Shown here piece by piece: positions 1 to 13,105 of a stretch of DNA of 64,000 nt (positions are counted from its first letter, which is position 1; every line of letters begins with the position of its first letter). The stretch covers positions 59,086,001 to 59,150,000 of the forward strand of contig OX597816.1 of the NCBI GenBank assembly GCA_951406725.2, in the 5' to 3' direction. This DNA is from Octopus vulgaris (lineage: Eukaryota). Below the pieces are notes generated by a model. It worked only from the letters and a program-made list of their open reading frames with translations. It did not search any database and was not told where the DNA came from. The translations under genes and the position numbers were made by a program.

Positions 1-132
1 TTCCGAGAGGAGCACGAATATGTCGATGGACTTTGTTGCGTTGAAACTGCAAAGAAGAATGTGTCCTACTGGCGATTATATGGTGCATGTTAGGCCAGAA
101 GAAACAGGCTGTAGTGAGCTTTACTGTGACGG

Positions 133-1823
133 CTATGCCGGGATGCGACAAGGAATGAAGAGCATCGAAAACGGTATGCTGATGACGATGTGGAACAAGC
201 GGTATAGGTGAGCCGGTAGAGGTGTCACAAATGATCCGCCCTTCAGCAGATGGAATGGGTAAGTATTCAAATCTGCAACAGGAATGTGGTTGGAAGAAGT
301 GTCCAAAGAGTCCAAAGGAGGTTGGTCTGTGGCGATAGCAACCAAATCGATGTGTGCAGGAGACAAAAGTGAACACACAGGAAATCTGGATAATGTATCA
401 GTAGGTATGTTTGTAGATCTGGCTATATGACGAATGTCACTGGTATATTGCGAGATGAAATTCAAGAGTCTGTATGTCCTTGATGAGTATTTATCGGACT
501 TGGATTGAAGAGTGAATGTAAGAGGTTTATGATCTGTGAATACCATGAACTCCTGGCCTTCTAGGAGATGGCGGAAGAGTCTCACAGCAAGATAAAATGC
601 TAAGAGCTCTCTGTCAAAAGTATTGTAACGCTGTTCTGCTGGCTTGAGTTGACATGAGAAAAAGGCAAGTGGTTGAGATTTCTGGTTGATGATCTGTTCT
701 AGAATGGCGCCAACAGTGATCGTAGACGTGTCTACAGTTAAGGATAGTTTCACGTTTGCAGTAGGATGAGTAAGAAAAGAAACTTTAGCTAATTCAGACT
801 TTACGGAGTCGAAAGTTTGCAAGGCGTCAACCAAAAGGGAAATAGATGCGTCTTTCTTCTTTGTGGATTTCAAAAGTTGTGTCAGGGGGAACAACTTGTC
901 CGCGCAGTTTGGGATGAAAGTTCTGTAAAAATTTATTAACCCCAAAAAGTGACGTACTTGTCTCAATGAAGTAGGGGATGCGATTTTCTGAATAGCATCC
1001 ACTTTAGATGGGAGGGGTCGAATTCCCTCTGTGTCTATAAGATGTCCAAAGAATTCCAATGAAGTTGTACCGAATACACATTTAGCTGGATTGATCTTTA
1101 CATGATACACTCACAGACGTTGAAACAACTGAGGTAGATGTTGATGATGATGTTCATCTGTGTCGCTGGCTACTAGGAGGTCATCTACATAAGCAAAAAC
1201 AAAATTCAGTCCGCGTACAACTTCGTCGATGAAATACTGGATTGTACTGGCAATATTTCTCAGACCAAAAGGCATAGATAGGAATTCGAATGAACCAATG
1301 GTTACGGCAGTTTTAGGTATATTTTCTGGGTACATCTGGATTTGGTGGTACGCACGTACCAGATCCACTTTGGAAAATATAGTGCAACCATGGAAGTACA
1401 TAAGAGAAGTCCTTTAAGTTGGGTAGGGAAATGTCCTGTAATCACCAACGGTCTAAAATACGCTCTACCCTTCTGAGCTAAGTGTAGCGGAGATGCCCAT
1501 GAGCTAGTAGAAGGACGTATAAGGCCAGGCTTGAACATGTGATCGAATTCAGCGCAAACTTTCTTGAGTCTGTCTGGCGCTAGTCTACGTGGACGAGAGA
1601 AAATGGGTGGACCAGTTATTGTAATAAAATGTTGAGTCGAGTGGACTGTCTGGGTAGGCTTAAATGATAGATCCGTTAACTCGGGAAATGAAGCAAGCAG
1701 AGTATGGAACTGGTTATTGGCAGCAACTACAAAAAAATGATGGGACGAGGATAGCAGTGGTAGATTCACATGCAGACGTAGATAAAGATGTGATAGTATC
1801 CACAAGTTTCTGTTTCCTGACAT
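133..1823 (-). pseudogene. pol: Gypsy pol (RT/RNase H), frameshifted
   Basis: ORFs 1302-1823, 1111-1401 and 133-1110 carry consecutive RT and RNase H motifs in different frames or split by stops. Confidence 0.9.
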
Positions 1824-2150
1824 CTACCAGGAGTGAATAGCGGTATAAGAAGTCCACCCCAAGGATAAGATGCGGCAGGTCAGTGATGACAAAAATCCAT
1901 TTAAAATCTCGACGCAAGGCAAGGTCTAGAATTAAATATATCTGACTATAGATTTTGACGGGAGACTGGTTCACTGCATATAAGGAAATACTGGATAACT
2001 GTGGCTTGTTAGAGCTGAACCGTAATGGCAAATACTGCAACTTGATCCTGTATCGATCATGAATGACCTGTTTGAGACTAGGTCCCTAATGAAGAAAGCC
2101 CGATTAGCTGAAAAATTGTGAGAGTTCTGACGTGCCCGGGCTCTCTAGGT

Positions 2151-2927
2151 TCAGTTTTCCAACACTTTAAAAGCACAAGACTTGTTACAACGACGTGCCT
2201 TATCATGAAAACGTGCGTGGTACCAGCACACCGAAGAATTGTTGGCTGAAAAAGTGTTATGTGGTTTAGAAGGGAAAGAATGGCTTCGCGAACGTTGTCT
2301 AACATGACAGAATTGAGCTATTTAGCATGTTAAACCATCGATAGCCTTCAACATGGCGTCTCCATTTTTATTATCAGGCTGTTGTCAAGAAGACGATGAA
2401 CCAATAACCGAATCAGCTGCGGTGGGTCAGTGAGAAAATTCCATTATCCTGTCTACAGATGAAGCAATTTGATCTATAGTGTTGGTGTCAACCATATTCG
2501 CCAATATCGTCGGTACATTAGTTGATAAGCGGGAAAAAAATAATTTCTTTACGAAGAAGCTGTCCGCAGGTGTATGGCCACTGGGTTCTCTGATACGCCT
2601 AAGAAATTCTGAAGGAGTTTTGTCACCCAGGTTCTCATCTCGTAACAATGCACGGAAATGACTTTCTGCTGATTTAGAATTTCTGCATAGTATTCCTGTT
2701 CTCAGGTCATGCTTTGTGGAAGATCTGTGATGATATATTTAACGGTGTCTGCTAATATGGCAGGAATGCCACTAATAAGCAGGTGTAGCTTTTGTTGAGC
2801 TGCTTGTATACCATGTGCTGTGAAATAAGAATCAAGCTGTGCAAACCATAGCTTGGCATCGCTGTAGTAAAAATGTTATGAAAGTTTTGAGTGTTGGAGC
2901 TAAAGCAATACTGGATCCCAAGACATC
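2151..2927 (-). pseudogene. gag: Gypsy gag remnant ending in a CHCC motif and a GGAAAAC-TGA slippery site
   Basis: Translation VCWYHARFHDKARRCNKSCAFKVLEN* with stop at 2151-2153; ORF 2427-2648 is gag-like. Confidence 0.8.
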
Positions 2928-3033
2928 CCAAATTTTAACTGAGTGACAAAAAAGGAACTTTTGAATATCTTAAAAGTTATATTCTTCAACAAATTTAAAT
3001 TTAAGATTGATGTGTCCATATACAATCTTGTAG

Positions 3034-3072
3034 GCTTTGAGAAAGTCTGCTTTAATTCCATAACATTCCAGG
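3034..3072 (+). CDS. Candidate 39-nt phase 1-1 exon of the unidentified plus-strand gene (xFEKVCFNSITFQ)
   Basis: tcttgtag|...CAGG|gtatgt; open in phase 1 and joins in frame to 3578. Confidence 0.4.
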
Positions 3073-3577
3073 GTATGTACCCTGATTTAACTGCATCAAA
3101 TAATCAAAATAGATGAAATTCCTGTAATTTATTTCAGGAATTCTACAGATAAATTATCTTTAGATAAATTCTAGGTATTTCTCTTTCTAAAATAAAGAGA
3201 CCAAACTTGAAAGGCATATTTCAATATGAAAATATATTATTTTAAAATTATGAGAATGCCAAGCCTCATCTTTCTGAGTGAAATTAAGTAGGCAGAACTG
3301 TGTTGAAACTTATCAGATAAATTGTGTCTGTAATTTAGAAGCCCAACCTTGTCATGCTACTATGTCACACTGATCCTGCTGGAAATTTATGTTAAGAGTA
3401 TGAGTGTCTGCAGAGTACTCAGTCATGTACACTATTATTCAATGAAAAAATAGTTTGTTTGATTGAACAACTTTAATATTCATTGGCGGTGGTGGTGGTG
3501 ATGATGATGATGATGATGATAACACAAGAACAATGATATTACTGGATTTAATAACTTTTTCTACAATTTTATTTTAG

Positions 3578-3625
3578 ATATTCTTATGGGCTGGGACAGC
3601 CCACACTTCTTAAACAGCAATTCTG
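3578..3625 (+). CDS. Candidate 48-nt phase 1-1 exon (DILMGWDSPHFLNSNS)
   Basis: Strong pyrimidine tract ttttattttag| and donor |gtatgt; open frame; GC-richer than its flanks. Confidence 0.55.
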
Positions 3626-5914
3626 GTATGTAAATACAAGAGGTTCATATTTATTGAATGTACCTCTTGTGACAGCACATCCTTTATCAATATATGCCAT
3701 GTAGATGCACATGTGTTTAACATCTCAATTGTTAATTTAACATAGATAGAGCCTTTTTTTTTTCATTTAATCAAAGAAGAAGAAATATCATTTATAACCC
3801 TTGGCGGTCAACGTGTTTGATGTATGAATTTTTGCAGGTTCATCTTGATAGAAATGATGTGAACACGGAGAGAATTGGAGATGATTGTCCCTTTTTTTAA
3901 AAAAATTTTTTTTTCCTTTTAGATTGCTCTGAGGGAAAGAAGGGGCTGTGCTGATAGTCTTCATAAGCGCTTTAAGAGCAGTGAGATTGTTGCTTTTAAC
4001 ATACCACTTAAACTGTTTCAAGTTGGGCCTTGCAGAAATGATGTAATCAGATAATCAGTGAAGGAATTCCAAAAAGCTGATGATCTAAGACAAAAGACTA
4101 AGGGAAGTGGTTAACATGAGATCTGGTTGGGTCAGATGTAATATGGGGGATGAGAGGAGGCAAGAGGACTGAGCCAGTAGTACCTGAGTAGAGACAGTAA
4201 GGGTCCAGGCAGCTTTGAGGAGTAAAAGCTATTATGGTAGCAGAGAAAAAGGTGGAGAGAAGAGACAATATGTCTAAGGGTCAGTGGTTGGAGTATGTTG
4301 GTGAGCAACTTTGTATCATTCAATCAGGATATTTTTCTCTGGATGTGGTCTTGGATGTGTGTGTGTGTAAGGCAACAGTTGTGGCAGTAATATTCCACTC
4401 TGTGTCCCAACAGAGCTTTATAGTGTAGTATGAGGGACAAAGTTTGATTCACCTACCTCTCAGTGGTTCTCTTGCAGTATTACCTTTCCAGCTGGGTTAC
4501 CTTTGAAAGTGCCCTACCCACCTAACCTTTAGCCAGAACCTAACAGCAAATTAGATCATACATCCACACACATCCATGCGCTGCAACCGCCCTGAAGCAA
4601 AAAGACCCACACTGGCCCTACATCTGTTCATGTGGCCACTTTCCCTGGATTTCCAGTAGGGCTCCTCAGCCATTGATATCACTGACCCTATAGTTCCAGT
4701 TAACTTCATCCACACATATAAAAAGTTATTATTTATTGAGATGGCGTTGAGGAGAAAGGTCAGTCATTGAGACATGTTAAGAATGTGAGTTTCTTAGGAG
4801 AGTATGAGGCCTAGAAAGTGAGATATAATAGATATGACATTATCTATTATGCATTGTGTGGGTTTGGGCAAAAGTGGTCCACTGCGTATACTTTGCTAGT
4901 TTAAAGAACAGTAGGTGAATAAAGTATGTTGGTGGCTAGAGGTTGTAGTATGTTGATTGCAAAAAACCTTTATCATCTATAATATTTGCAACGGAAGCAA
5001 CTCTCTTAAGTTCTTCTAAAATGATTGAGTTGTTTGTTTCCTGAACTTCTACACCACTTACGAGGTAAAATGCAATTGATTTATGATTAAAAATAAAGAA
5101 ACAATGCTACTCACAACTCCTCCTCTGAGCATCTCTCAACTGACATCTGTCATTTTTATATCATCAGTCCACAGCTCATATTTCCTATCAACCATTCCCA
5201 CTCCTGTTCACCACTCACTATATTCACTGCTAATATACATCTGATCACCTCCACCCCAGATGTTTATGTCCATCTCCCACTCTTCCTGATTCTTCTGTCC
5301 CTATGCTCTCTTTTATTCACTCTCTTGGACATATTACCTTGAGGTACAAACTGGCACCTTATCAACACTATGTTTATCTCTCTTTTGGACACTCTTCCAG
5401 TCACTCGTCGAAAATACAAGGTAGCCATGAATCTCCTCCACAGTTATAAACTTCTTATTGTTTCTCCTATATTACTTCAACCTAGTAACACTTTGCATTA
5501 AAGAAACCACCCTATCTCCTATTCTTCCTCCCAGTTGAGGAAACTGTTTAGCCTTGTAAGTTACAAGGCAACATCACTAGTGCTGGTGCCACATAAAAAA
5601 AAACATCCAGTACATTCTTTTAAATGGTTGACAATAGGAACGGCATCTAGTTGTAGAAACTAAGCCAAAACTGAGACACTAGAACAAAGTGTAGTCTCCT
5701 GACTCATTGAATCTTATTAAAATGTCCAACCTATGCTAATATGGAAAGCTGACATGCTGGTGGGGTGGTGGTACTGACAGTGAAGGAAGTGGTAGTGGTG
5801 ATGTTGAGAACGAGGAGGAAAGAGGGAGGAGGAGGAGGAGGGGGATTTGAAAATCGAAGTAAATACTAAAAATAGTAATAAATTCCTTTATGTGATTTTA
5901 TTATGTTGCTGCAG

Positions 5915-5941
5915 CCAGCAATCCTAATCACACAAAAAGCA
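5915..5941 (+). CDS. Candidate 27-nt phase 1-1 microexon (ASNPNHTKS)
   Basis: gttgctgcag|...|gtgagc; symmetric and open. Confidence 0.3.
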
Positions 5942-6679
5942 GTGAGCTTGGCTTTAATATATTTGTTAGGAGCAATGTTTATGATGCTATATGTAAATCA
6001 ACAAAAATAAAAATACTACATTAAAATCCCAAAGCCAAAAGCAATTATAAAACTCACATTGGAATTAAATACCATATTTTCTGGCTTACAAGTCAGATTT
6101 TTCAGAACAAAATTTACAGCCAAAATAGGAATGTCAATTTATACGTCAAGACTGCTTCAGAGGACTAAAAATTCCATGTGAAATGCAGCAGGATTTGGAA
6201 AGATTGTGATGATGTTTGCATGTTTACACTTTACATTACATCAATTTGTTTGCTTGAAAATATGGCAGGATCAAAGCAGACCTAAGAAGACATAGACTAT
6301 ACTGTCCAGAAGAGGTTCAATAATGCCAAAACATGTCTGTAGTTGTCATCTTGCTTCTAATAAAGATCAGATTTCCCCACTAAAAATAAAAATTCAGTTT
6401 CCAGTTGAATTACTTAATTTTTTGAAATTATCTCTCTTTTTTTCTTGTGAGTTGCTAACACTTACATTTAGGATTTTAGTTGTTGCTTTATTTCCACCTA
6501 AGAAGCAAATTTCAGTTCATTAAAAATGTTTTTCCTTACATCATTCAGTACATCAGCAGCTACCTGAAGTAATGAGAATAGTTTGTTTTTACTGTTAATG
6601 TCAATAACTTGTTTGTTATTTATTGTTTGATTTGGTGGGTGGTGTTGGTTAAATATCAATGTTTTCTTTGCTCTTCTTA

Positions 6680-6960
6680 CAGATTCTATACATTGCCTTA
6701 GTACCTTAGTTCATTCTAAACACCTTCTATATAATGTATCTACGTATTCTACACATTATGTCAACATCTTTACACTGTGCCTATGTATTCTACACAGTGT
6801 CAATACCTTCCATACACTGTCCCAACACCTTCAATATACTGTATCTACATAGTCTATGCACCAAATCAACATCTTCTACACCTTGTGTCAACACCCTCTA
6901 TACATTGTGTAAGTTCATTCTACACACCTATTCAATACATTCTGTATACATTTCTTAATG
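6680..6960. repeat. Degenerate minisatellite-like array (ttctacaca..gtcaacac-type units)
   Basis: Recurring ctacac/ctatac...tcaacac motifs at roughly 20-nt spacing. Confidence 0.5.
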
Positions 6961-7486
6961 TTTGTACCACTTACATATACAATGTTATATTACATGCGAC
7001 CTGCCTGGTGTCTATTTTCAGTTAATTCTAATATCTGTTCTCAGGTGATTTGGTACCTATTCTGGATCATTTTGTCCCTATTCTCAACTGATTTAGTATT
7101 CCACTGATCTGTTACTTATTCTCCTAAAAGTTAAGTGAAATAAAGTTTACTGGCAGGAAACATGATATTATGCTAACAGCAGATTTTAACTCATGATCTA
7201 TGAGTAGATAGTCTATTGGTCATCCCACCATTTCTATTTATATAAAGCTCAAGTCTAGACAAATATTGTTATCAGTGTTAATTACTATAAAATGTGAGTG
7301 AAATATTAAAACAGCCTTTGATTTATCTTCAGTGCAACTGTGGTCACTATACATTTAAAAAATGGCTCTCTGTCGGTTATGACAATGTGCTCAAGTTGAT
7401 TCAATCAACAGAATAGCCTGCTCATGAAATTAACATGCAAGTAGCTGAACTCACATTTTACTCTGATTACATTTTACACTAATTAT

Positions 7487-7692
7487 CATGTGGCTGAGTG
7501 TTTAGGGTATTAAGTTCATGATTGTAAGGTCATGTGTTCAATTTCCAGCAACATATTGTTTCCTTGAGCAAGACACTTTATTTCATGTTGCTCCAGTGCA
7601 TTCAGCTGGCAAAAATGAGTATTTCAAAGGGCCAGCATTGTCACAAATTGTGTCATGCTGAATCACCCTGAGAATTACATTAAGAGTACACA
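7487..7692 (+). mobile_element. tRNA-derived SINE (decayed)
   Basis: A box tggctgagtg, B-box-like gttcaattt, core ccttgagcaagacactttatttcatgttgctccag shared with the copy at 10841-11172. Confidence 0.65.
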
Positions 7693-8998
7693 AAGCATCA
7701 CACTTCCCCATTTTATGTCCTAAAATCAACTGACTCCACTGTTAAATCCATCATGCCAACTTGTCCTTGATGTAACATATGAAAATTAATATTTCACTGA
7801 AGTCCTGATGAGTATAGCTATTATTCTATAACACATCATTAAAACTACACTTGAGTGGATTATAACCAACCATTGTAATATATTATTCCTCAATATTTTA
7901 GGAAAAACAGTTCTTACTCCTTCAACAGCTACAAGTAAGTACTCTTTTACTTGTTCCTTCTTTGGCTTTTTCACAATTTACTTCACAATATTAATCTACA
8001 ATGATATTAATTTCCAAAGTAATCCTGAAAGTTTGAACTCACAGTCAGTTACTATGAATAAATGAGCTTTCTTCCTCTTTGAGCTCCCACCAGTATTCAC
8101 CTATCCACTCCCCTACACTACGTGCTATCTCCCCAATGTAAGAAACAAGGCAACAACTTACGCTGGGGAGATGGCATGTAACATAGGGGAACAGATAGGT
8201 GAACACTGGTGGGAGTTCAAAGAGGAGAAAAGCTCATCAATGTTCTACCAACGTGCTCAATTAGAACATAGAGGCTCAGTTAATAACAGGAATGCTAAGT
8301 TATTATCAATGCATAGAACAAACATGACACTTAGACAGATTACAGAGGCCACAAACATAGTAATAGACATAGCAAGCTTCAAAAGAAAACACGAATGAAA
8401 CAATAACACCCACCACACAACACAACATGATGACTAAAGATAGAATGGGAAAGAAAAAGGACACAGATACAAACAGTATAGTGAGCAAATCCATATACAC
8501 ACATACAAAACACAGACATGTGTGCACATACACACACACAGATACAAATGCAAATGCATGGACAGATAAGGATACACACCCTAGAAAAACAGAATAGACT
8601 AAACAGAACAGGAAGAGACACATGGGATGGAGAGTTGCTGAAGAGGTCACAGGTGGGTGACAAAAGATTTCCAGGCAAAAGATAAAAAATAATAACAATA
8701 ATAAACAAATGGAGAACCATGTGTTTTTTTGGCAAAAAAAAAAGATGACCATCCCCAAAATAATAACTTTCATCTTGTTTTCATTCTTCCTGAGGCTTTA
8801 ATAACTACTATTTAAAAAATGGTTCATATTTCTATTACTTTCTCTATGTTTGAATCTCAAGAGGGATTTAATAAGTACCAGTGATATACTAGGGTAGATT
8901 AAACCAATTGTTCAAACACTGTTTTTGTGCTCATTTCAGAAATCCAGATTTTTTTTTCTGAAGTGCATCTAACAATATGAAAAACATCTTTATTTCAG

Positions 8999-9025
8999 CA
9001 ACAACATTGTCATCACCAACAACAC
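8999..9025 (+). CDS. Candidate 27-nt phase 1-1 microexon (xTTLSSPTT), with an alternative donor after 9063
   Basis: ctttatttcag|...|gtgagt; a second gtaagt donor at 9064; S/T/P composition matches the terminal exon. Confidence 0.5.
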
Positions 9026-9097
9026 GTGAGTATAATCCCACATTGCAGCCCTCGTCTCAACATGTAAGTTGTTACCTTTCTTCATCACACTTTAACC

Positions 9098-9137
<40 letters not shown>

Positions 9138-9151
9138 GTAATAATAATAAT
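9098..9151. repeat. (AAT)n microsatellite
   Basis: Near-perfect AAT run. Confidence 0.9.
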
Positions 9152-9164
9152 GAGTTCAAATTTT

Positions 9165-9962
9165 GGCACAAGGCCAGCAAGTTCGGTGGTGGGGTAGTTG
9201 ATTATATCGACTCCAGCACTCAACTGTTACTTATCTTATTGACCCTGAAAGGATGAAAAGCAAAGTCAACCTCAGTGGGATTTGAACTTAGAACCTAAAG
9301 ACAGATGAAAATGCCACTAAGCATTTCACCCAGCATGCTAACAATTCTGCCAGTTCACTGCCTTAATGATAATAATAATAATTACAATAATAATCCTTTC
9401 TGCTAAAGGCACAAGGCCTGAAATTTTGGGGAGAGGACTATCTGATTACATCGACCCCAATGGTTCACTGGTACTCAATTTATCAACCCTGAAAGGGATG
9501 AAAGGTAAAGTCGACCTTGGCAGCATTTGAACACAGAACATAAAGATGGATGAAATGCCACAAAGTGTTTCAACCAGCATGCTAACATTTCTGCCAGTTC
9601 ACTACCTTAATGATAATAATAATTACAATACTGATAATCTTTTCTACTATACACACAAGGCTAACAATTTGAGGGGAGGGAGTAAGTTGATTTCATCAAC
9701 CCCAGTACTCAACCAGTACTCTTTTTATTGACCCTGGAAGGATGAAAAGCAGAATTGACCTCGGTGGAATTTGAACTCAGAATGTGAAGATAGATGAAAT
9801 GCCGCTAAGCATTTTGCCCAGTGTGTTAATGATTCTGCCATGTTGCAGCAACCCTGATAAATGAAAGACAAAGTCAATCTCAGAAGAATTTGAACTTTGA
9901 AAACATGAAGCTGAAAAAAATATCACTTAACATTTTGTCTGTGTCCTGACAATTCTGCCAGC
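9165..9962 (-). mobile_element. Tandem array of three full plus one partial tRNA-derived SINE
   Basis: Units at ~9165-9364, ~9408-9608, ~9650-9842 and partial ~9853-9962 share gaccctgaaaggatgaaaag..gtcaacct..atttgaactc..ctgccagttcactgcctt; the first units are separated by (AAT)-rich spacers; minus-strand A/B boxes. Confidence 0.85.
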
Positions 9963-10644
9963 TTGCTGACTTCTGTAATGATACTCTTTTACTCATTTCA
10001 GTCATTTGACTGTGGCCATGCTGGAGCACCACCTTTGGTCGAGCAAAAAGAGGCTGATAGAATAAGTACTAGGCTTACAAATATGGACTGGATGCTTTTT
10101 ACGTGGCACCAGCACTGGCAGGGTCACCAAGTAACTTGCAAGACAAGAAATCTTTGAGAGGGGATGGAGCATTGGAGGAAGTGACTTTGTGTCAGATGAT
10201 GAAAGCTTAGAGTGTGACAGAGAGACAGAAACTGGTGTCTTACTGTGGAGGAGGTACATGGATACCCAGAGAGAGAGAGGAAAAGGTAACAAGAAAAAGG
10301 ATAGAAACGAGTGTGCTGGTGTAAAGGAAATACTTGGTTACCTAGCCAGAGGGAAAAGCAAGAGAAAGAGGGAGTGATCAAGACTGAGGACAGAAACAGG
10401 TGTGTTGTTGTAGAGGAGATACATGGATACATGGCCAGAGTGAAGATCAAGGGAAAGAGAGAGAGACAGACAGAATGAGTGTAAGAGAGAGCAGGAGAGA
10501 GATGGTGACAGAGAGCCAGGGTATACTCACAATGAACGGGGATCAGAGTAGTACATCCAACTTGCTGTTACTTGAGATCTCTGGGTGAGACTTGGAGCAG
10601 CTGATAAAACAAAAGAACAATGAAAAGTAGTGGTAGTAGTCCCT

Positions 10645-10834
10645 TCTACTAAAGGTACAAGGAGCTGCTTGATTACATCGACCCAAGTATGCAACTGGTA
10701 CTTATTTCATTGATCCCAAAAGGACGAAAGGCAATGTCAACCTTGGTGAAATTTGAACTCAGACCATAAAGACATATGAAATACCACTAAGCATTTTCTC
10801 CAGTGTGCTGATAATTTTGCCAGTTCACTGCCTT
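10645..10834 (-). mobile_element. SINE, same family as 9165-9962
   Basis: Same core and tRNA-like head sequence. Confidence 0.8.
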
Positions 10835-10840
10835 AATAAT

Positions 10841-11172
10841 TGAGACAGCCTTCAGTCATGACTGACCGTGGGATTGCACCTAGACAGTTACCCTCCCAGG
10901 CACAAGTCTGGGCAAGGTTGTTTATGGAAGACCAGCAGTCGCCCATGATTATCAGCCTCCCCTCTCCACGCCACCAGTGTTATCCAAGGGAGAAGTAACA
11001 GCAGATACAGCTTGGCACCTGTGATGTCGCAACTCGTTTCAACAGCTGAGTGAACTGGAGCAACGTGAAATAAAGTGTCTTGCTCAAGAACACAACATGC
11101 AGCCCGGTCCGGGATTCAAACTCACAACCTCACGATCGTAAGCTCGATGCTCTAACCACTGAGCCATGCGCC
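10841..11172 (-). mobile_element. Full-length tRNA-derived SINE with a 17-bp target site duplication
   Basis: Minus-strand head GGCGCATGGCTCAGTGGTTAGAGC..GTTTGAATCCC; flanked by ttcactgccttaataat at 10824-10840 and 11173-11189. Confidence 0.85.
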
Positions 11173-13105
11173 TTCACTGCCTTAATAATAACAGTAACAA
11201 TACTATATTTTATTGAATCTTGTTTTTTTTACTTCTTGATCATACACTAAATGAATTTGTTAGAATCCAGAGCCTTAAGGTACAATTTGAAAGCATTTTT
11301 AAACATCTCAGTAGCAAACAAAAATTTATTTTATTGGGCACAAGGGCACATACAAATAATATAACACATCTCACACAAAAGGGATTGCAAAATATACTGA
11401 AGTGCATTGATAGATGGACAAACAAACAGGTTGGCAGATCAGCAGGTAGGCAGGCAGAGAGACAGATATGGGATGAAGCAAAGATGTACCACAGTATATT
11501 CAGACCGTTTAAATTTAGTACACTAAATGAACTACCAAGAAAGGATCAGAATCCACTATTTAGTTAGGATTGAGGCAACTCACAATTCCAATCACCTTCT
11601 CTGAATACTGCAATTTAGAATTTCTGAATATGTCCACAAGAATATTTGATGTTTGCCAAGATGAGAACGCTTCCACATCTTTCTGGCAGCTGAACTTTTT
11701 CTGTTTATATAAAATTGTAGTTGTTTTTACCAATAGTCTATCATAAGTGTTCTATAATTTGGGATAACATTTCTTCCTCAATCTATCATTTATCTTGTAC
11801 TTGTTTCAGTCATTAGACTGTGGCCACGCTGTGCCACAGCCTTGAATTTGTACAGTATTCCTTTTGTTGTTACAGCATTCCTTCAGTTGTTAGCTGTTGA
11901 GACACTACATCCTTCAAAACATCCATGATTCCTGAAAGTCGCCAACAGTACACCTGGTGTCGCCACCCCCATTTCTTCAAACTTTTTCCCTGTTCAATTC
12001 CTGTGCATATTCTATGTGCATATTCTGTGCATATTCTATGTACTGCTTATGCAGTTTTGGTTACTTTTTCCATTGAGTTGTAGTGCACCTGAGCACTGTA
12101 TATAATAAGATCATTATATATTATATATTCCTTCAGGTCTTTTTGCAGACCCATCAGGCTATTGTTAACAGTTTGGAGAGTTGTGAATCTTAGAAAAGCC
12201 AAATGTTTGAATGACTCTAGCAGCCTTCTTTCCTTTAGTCTAGACTTTTACACACTTTTTCTTTTTTGTCCTAGATGATTTCCAATGTTCTTCTAATCTT
12301 CATCTTTAGTTCATGTCCACAATATGATGTAATACTATTGCTCATAACTCCTGATTGTTATCAGTAGCTCCTGGTGCCTGTGGTATTGAAGGGTTCTCAG
12401 CATCCAGGAACAAAGACAATTTTGATACTCCTACCTTAATTGAAAATCAAAAAGGAAATTTTAAAATTTTATAACCCTTCACAACTGCTCTGAGAACTGC
12501 CCTCCCACTACCTGGCGGCTAAACATCCTTATAACATCCGACAATTCTTTGTAAATTGTTATTGAATCAAGGAGCACAATTAAAATAGTTCATTTTAAGT
12601 CAGTATTAGAAATGACAAACTTGAAATACTTTCCAACAAAATTCAAATATTCTAAATGACAGAAATATGTAAAAGAGAGAAAGCAAATACTGCTTCAACT
12701 TCTGTTTAAATTGAAACATGTTTTACTTTCCTATAAATTAGGTAATACCACTGAACATAAGAATTAAGCCTGAAGTTTCTCATTCCTTTCATTGCTTATA
12801 GATTATCTTGTTGTGTTAAGAAAAATACAAACATTTGTATTTATTTTTAATAAATACAATAATATATTTCACTATCAACCATTTTATCACTTTTATCTCA
12901 CTAGTTTAGTATCATTCGACTTCTCTTTATCAGCATGTTTTTCTTTTTACAATATTTACATCTGCTATTCTTCCTCCAAAATAAACAGAAAATCATGCAA
13001 CAAATCTACATTTGAAAAAGCCTGCTTCTTATACTATTAGTTATAGTACTCTAAATATCTTTATAAGGCTTGCATGAAAAGCATTCAATAAACATTAGCA
13101 TAAAG

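Larger units (their letters stand above)
1..2930 (-). mobile_element. Degenerate Ty3/Gypsy LTR retrotransposon internal region (gag-PR-RT-RNaseH-start of integrase), continuing beyond the window start
   Basis: Minus-strand frames give gag (FYYSDAKLWFAQLDSYF; LGDKTPSEFLRR; CWYHARFHDKARRCNKSC), protease (FMIDTGSS; LILGVDFL), RT (WASPLHL; [13 protein letters not shown]; MPFGLRN; YVDDLLV), RNase H (LAFFS; DRELLA; FTDHKPL) and an integrase HHCC remnant (LHSLSHPG..FFWPNM). Order PR-RT-RH-IN; several frameshifts and stops. Confidence 0.95.

Noticed and set aside
3138-3174. Possible extra plus-strand microexon
   Set aside because: The candidate lengths (37 or 26 nt) break the frame or contain a stop, and the donor is weak.
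8120-8330. Possible Penelope GIY-YIG remnant (YAGE..IGEH); similar weak RT hints at ~25530-25760
   Set aside because: Too degenerate to call without a profile search.
8306-8773. Hydrophobic 155-aa and 118-aa minus-strand ORFs
   Set aside because: Artefact of AC/AG-rich low-complexity DNA; no splice or domain support.
9165-9962. CRISPR-like or tRNA-cluster appearance of regularly spaced repeats
   Set aside because: The units are ~200-nt SINEs with decayed tRNA heads in a eukaryotic genome; no spacers, cas genes or cloverleaf.
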